Assembly: GCA_016839945.1 (NCBI GenBank)
Contig: JAEOTE010000146.1
Coordinates: 1 to 55,865 of the forward strand
DNA: 55,865 nt
From: Candidatus Heimdallarchaeota archaeon
Lineage (GTDB): Archaea > Asgardarchaeota > Heimdallarchaeia > Heimdallarchaeales > Heimdallarchaeaceae
Direction of reading: 5' to 3'
A program made the position numbers and the translations under genes. Shown here in pieces: positions 51,999-55,865 of the stretch (within the stretch, counting starts at the first letter, position 1; the number at the start of each line of letters is the position of its first letter). Under the pieces are notes generated by a model that saw only the letters and a program-made list of their open reading frames with translations, had not been told where the DNA came from and ran no database searches.

Positions 51999-52178
51999 CT
52001 ATGCGTCATCTAATTCATTGAAATTAAGTTTGAAATGACTTGATGCAAGGAAAGCTTCTGGATCTTGCATAAATTCATTTAAACAATCTCTTTGACAAAA
52101 GTATAGTTTTTTACCTTTGTATTCAGTCTTAATAATATTCTTTGGTAGATGTGAACCACAGCATGTTTTTGTAGCCAT
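51999..52178 (-). CDS. YHS/TRASH-domain small protein
   Basis: TCCG...EYKGKKLYFCQRDCL.EF..DPE. Start refined to MATK. Confidence 0.8.
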   Translation of the reverse strand: MATKTCCGSHLPKNIIKTEYKGKKLYFCQRDCLNEFMQDPEAFLASSHFKLNFNELDDA

Positions 52179-52288
52179 GAGTTTCTTTACTAATATTTGT
52201 AATTTAAAATTATGTTTCTTCCAAATTTTTACTTTGAAAAATTTGAAGTAAAGGTTTAAGAAAAGAAAAACATTATAGTAGTAGGAAA

Positions 52289-54214
52289 ATGACATTTAAT
52301 AAAGAACAAAAATTAACATTAAAAACATGTTTTACAATCTTTTTGATTACTATCTTATTACTTCAATTTTCAAGTAATAGGATTCAAGGAATTCAAAATG
52401 AAACATATGAATATTCGAAATTAGCTTTGGTTTCGACTGTTGGGATAGTTATTAATGATGCAAACATATCATCATATAGCTCTTCAGGAACAGGTTCATC
52501 AGACAATCCATATATTATTGAAGACATTATAGTTGATACTACAGACTCAATAGGTATAAGATTTAATTCTGTGACTTCTTATTTTATACTTCGTGATTCT
52601 TATGCAAAGGGAAATACCTATGGTGTTTATTTGAGTGGTGTTTCTGAAGGTAGATCTCAAATAATCAATTGTACAATTGAAGGAGGGCTTTCGCTTGGAG
52701 GGATAAATTCTCATTATATGACTGTCTACAATTGTACTCTTAGAGCTGGACAAGGTTCTTCATTTAGTCGAGGACTTAATTTTACGAAAAATATAATGGA
52801 AATAAAGGGAACAGCTAGTTACTCAATAATGCGTGTCGCAGACGAGAACAATATAATAGAGGATAACGTTTTTTATGGAGATTCTTCAGTAGTAAGGTTT
52901 AGTCACATAACCAATTCATCAGTAAGGGACAATATTCTAAATGATGCAGGGTTTTATTTCTACCAAGATGAAATTACAGATATTTTGAACAATACTTATG
53001 AAAATAACGTTATTAATGGAAAACCATTTGGATTCTTTTATAATCGTACTGATGAAACAATTACTGGCAATCAATACGGACAGATATACGTAGTAAATTC
53101 TGAAAATATGGATTTCACTGGTTATGATTTTGGCAAAATAGGTTTAGGAATGCAGGTTCATAACTGCACAAATATTTTGATTAACAATGTAAATGTAATT
53201 GGTAGAGATGGATTTGAAGCAAGAAAAGTTGATGGCTTAACAATAGAAAATTGTAATTTTCAAGGGCTTTGGCAAGACACTGGATTGGATTTTGAGTATG
53301 TAAATGACACAGTTATTCAAAATAATCACTTTGAAGGATTTAAATGGGGTTTTGATTTTGATTATATGGACGAGGTTCAAATTCATAACAATACAATATT
53401 CAATGCAACAGAAGAAAGTATAGGTATTGAGGAGAGTTCGAACATATTTATGACTTTCAACATAGTAAGCTGTTATATAGAATCAGAGGGCAGTGATTTA
53501 GCGCTAGTTTTCGCTTCATGTGAAAATGTAACTATATACTACAACATCTTCATTAGTTTAGGAAATCTAGGGGCATATCCTGTTGCAGAATATAGTGTAA
53601 CTAACATTGTATGGTACAGTGGTGTCTTAGAAGTTGGAAATCACTACTCAGATTGGAACGGTATGGGTACATATTCATTGGAAGGAGATGTGGGGAGCGT
53701 AGATCTTTATCCTTTCATAGACATAGATGAGGATACTTTGACTGAATTTGAAGAAGTAATTTTATACTTTACAGACCCTTTCAATGCTGACAGCGATTCT
53801 GACGGTTTGGATGATGGGGAAGAGGTAGATACTTATGAAACAAATCCTCTCTCAGATGATAGCGATTCTGATGGTATGGATGATTTGTGGGAAGTTACTT
53901 ATGGTACAGACCCTAATGTAAATGATTCAACAGAGGATCCTGATGAAGATGGATTGACAAATATTGAGGAATTCAATCATAGTACTCTACCATTAAATAA
54001 TGATACAGATGGAGACAGCTTTTTGGATGGTGAAGAAGTTGATGCAGGAACCGACCCATTGAATAGTTCTAGTTTTCCTATAATAGGTGGTACTCCTTAT
54101 TTGGGACTCATACTTGGACTATCTGGAGGTTTTGGAGTAGCTGCTGGTATAGGAACTTATGTTCTCATCAGGAAAAGGAAAGCTAAACCATCAACCAAAA
54201 AAGGAAAGAAATAA
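52289..54214 (+). CDS. Surface protein: beta-helix, Asp-rich Ca-binding (TSP3-like) repeats and C-terminal TM
   Basis: Signal peptide, GTGS..NPYIIE, beta-helix repeats, DSDSDG..D..E repeats, TM followed by RKRK. Confidence 0.88.
   Translation: MTFNKEQKLTLKTCFTIFLITILLLQFSSNRIQGIQNETYEYSKLALVSTVGIVINDANISSYSSSGTGSSDNPYIIEDIIVDTTDSIGIRFNSVTSYFILRDSYAKGNTYGVYLSGVSEGRSQIINCTIEGGLSLGGINSHYMTVYNCTLRAGQGSSFSRGLNFTKNIMEIKGTASYSIMRVADENNIIEDNVFYGDSSVVRFSHITNSSVRDNILNDAGFYFYQDEITDILNNTYENNVINGKPFGFFYNRTDETITGNQYGQIYVVNSENMDFTGYDFGKIGLGMQVHNCTNILINNVNVIGRDGFEARKVDGLTIENCNFQGLWQDTGLDFEYVNDTVIQNNHFEGFKWGFDFDYMDEVQIHNNTIFNATEESIGIEESSNIFMTFNIVSCYIESEGSDLALVFASCENVTIYYNIFISLGNLGAYPVAEYSVTNIVWYSGVLEVGNHYSDWNGMGTYSLEGDVGSVDLYPFIDIDEDTLTEFEEVILYFTDPFNADSDSDGLDDGEEVDTYETNPLSDDSDSDGMDDLWEVTYGTDPNVNDSTEDPDEDGLTNIEEFNHSTLPLNNDTDGDSFLDGEEVDAGTDPLNSSSFPIIGGTPYLGLILGLSGGFGVAAGIGTYVLIRKRKAKPSTKKGKK
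53720..54063 (+). repeat. Intragenic TDP..DxDxDG repeats
   Basis: About five TSP3-like units; GACAGCGATTCTGACGGT and GATAGCGATTCTGATGGT are near-duplicates at the DNA level. Confidence 0.75.
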
Positions 54215-54324
54215 TTTTCTTCATTTTCCATTTTTTTTAGTTGCATTAGAATTCTGTTTAAATTTCATCAAAGTTGATTACAACATTTTATTAGTCTCTC
54301 TGGCTTTATCAATGTGTGGACTTT

Positions 54325-55865
54325 ATGAAGAGAAAGAAAGCATTAGCGATTTTTATTCCTGTATCAGCTGTTGTTCTAACGATTTTGATTTTAGGCTCAA
54401 TGTATTTATCTATAGAGGTTATTAAATGTCCTTTTGAACAAAATCTAAATTCAATTATTCCTACTGAAATGGGAGTAGATGAATACAAGGAAGATTTTGA
54501 ATATTTCTACAATATGATTAGGGATAATTACCCTTACATTACAATAAGAGAAAGGCAGTTGGGATACAATTGGTTGGATTTTAAAGACTACTATATGGAA
54601 AGGCTGGACAATTGTTCTTCAAATGCAGAATTTCTAGAAATTCTGACAGATGCAATACAAGCTTTACAGAATAGACATGGAGAAATAATAAATCCAGCTA
54701 TGGTTCCAGATTATAGAAATTCTAGCCTTAAATACGATAAATATCCGCAATATATGGTTTTTAGTGAAGAAGTTGTAGAAGCTAATGCATACTGGGTGGA
54801 TGATTACAATTATGTGATGAATAAAAGAAACTTAGGTCATTATGAGATCTTAATGGTCTACGATAGGGGAGAGTACATTGTTTATGATGGATGGGGAGAT
54901 TGGCAAACAGAATATAATTTCACACTTAGGTCTGAAGTTCTCTCTGTGAATGGAATTTCAATTCACGATGCAGTTCTCAACAGTATCGAAAGCAGCTATC
55001 TTGTTCGTGATTATGCAAGAAATATAAGCTATTTTCCATATCTTGCCCCCAGAGATTTTGGAACAACTGCACTCTTTACAATTCAAAATACTACAGGAGA
55101 ATTAATTGATGCTCAAATTAATTCTAGCACAGATATCACTTATTCCTGCATTTCTTGGCAAGGTGATATTTATCCAACACAACAATTGATGCATTATCAA
55201 TATTACCTTTCAGAAAATACTGGTTATTTATATGTTGGTCACATGAAATATGATCCACAAGAGGATTATGCAAATCTCATGTCGTTTTACAGGAACATTG
55301 AAGATTTTGATTATCTTATCATTGACATAAGAGGGAATCCTGGAGGGAACGATTATTACTGGCTGGAAAATATTGCTGGACCGCTACTCAAAGAAAAGGT
55401 CAAATCAACAATGTATCATGCATACAAAAAAGACGGTAAATACTTAAATTGTTGGAGAAAAAAATTCGGAGTTATTAATAGACATCCAAAGAGGAATTTA
55501 GAAAATTTACCTCCAGAAGTATTAAGTGATGAGTATAAACTATACAAACTGGTGAACCATTATGAACCTACAACACAAGTTGATTTTAATGGACAAATAA
55601 TATTGTTAACCGATTGGTATGTTTGTTCTTCAGCTGAATCATTCACCGTTTTCTGCAAACAAACAGATTTTGCAACAATTTATGGTACTAACACTGGAGG
55701 TGATGGAATTGGGCACCAGGTATATTTCGCATTACCCAACAGTAAGCTTGTGATTGAAATGTCTGCAGCAATAGGATTGAATGAGGATGGCTATTCAAAT
55801 GAAGAATTCCACACAGTGCCACATGTTTATTATGAAAGTGCAAAAGGGAATTGGACAGAGTTAAT
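54325..55865 (+). CDS. S41-family peptidase (partial, runs off the window)
   Basis: Hand-translated from ATG 54325: MKRKKALAIF plus TM, EDFEYFY...NYPY, IIDIRGNPGG, CSSAESF, G..TGGDG, LPNSKL. Missing from the ORF track because there is no stop. Confidence 0.88.
   Translation, partial: MKRKKALAIFIPVSAVVLTILILGSMYLSIEVIKCPFEQNLNSIIPTEMGVDEYKEDFEYFYNMIRDNYPYITIRERQLGYNWLDFKDYYMERLDNCSSNAEFLEILTDAIQALQNRHGEIINPAMVPDYRNSSLKYDKYPQYMVFSEEVVEANAYWVDDYNYVMNKRNLGHYEILMVYDRGEYIVYDGWGDWQTEYNFTLRSEVLSVNGISIHDAVLNSIESSYLVRDYARNISYFPYLAPRDFGTTALFTIQNTTGELIDAQINSSTDITYSCISWQGDIYPTQQLMHYQYYLSENTGYLYVGHMKYDPQEDYANLMSFYRNIEDFDYLIIDIRGNPGGNDYYWLENIAGPLLKEKVKSTMYHAYKKDGKYLNCWRKKFGVINRHPKRNLENLPPEVLSDEYKLYKLVNHYEPTTQVDFNGQIILLTDWYVCSSAESFTVFCKQTDFATIYGTNTGGDGIGHQVYFALPNSKLVIEMSAAIGLNEDGYSNEEFHTVPHVYYESAKGNWTEL

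Noticed and set aside
54159-54425. 88-aa ORF in the track
   Set aside because: Spans a terminator and overlaps two better-supported genes in other frames.

Overview
AT-rich archaeal chromosomal segment. It most likely comes from an Asgard archaeon (Heimdallarchaeia-like): it carries a Rab-like GTPase, an EMC6/Rab5ip-like protein, archaeal RqcH, a TFS paralog and GGTGA-type ribosome-binding sites. Taxonomy is inferred from gene content only. No rRNA, tRNA, CRISPR array or transposase was recognised. From left to right: (1) an RNA/translation-related cluster (truncated TFS, THUMP/ThiI-like, AMMECR1, Mut7-C, CBS-Zn ribbon, RqcH), several members with degenerate catalytic motifs; (2) EMC6-like and small membrane genes, an inactive Mrr-like protein and a CDP-alcohol phosphatidyltransferase; (3) a coiled-coil + Rab-like GTPase locus; (4) an Opp/Dpp ABC locus with no binding protein, split by a TFB-like gene, whose OppF carries a two-helix hydrophobic insertion; (5) two paralogous coiled-coil/winged-helix genes; (6) gdhA converging on a receiver + ATP-grasp + phospho-His protein; (7) an accessory-type right half with sulfotransferase, divergent Hef-like helicase, GNAT, FAD oxidase, DUF917, LacZ, DegV, caspase-like protease, an interrupted HAD, beta-helix surface proteins, TPR, MBL, S9 peptidase, double Lrp, flavoprotein, Tag, YHS and a partial S41 peptidase. 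Best candidates for undescribed systems are the gdhA-linked non-canonical phosphorelay protein, the coiled-coil/wHTH pair, the membrane-anchored OppF and the RqcH/EMC6-like divergon. All family calls come from motif recognition by eye; no searches were run.
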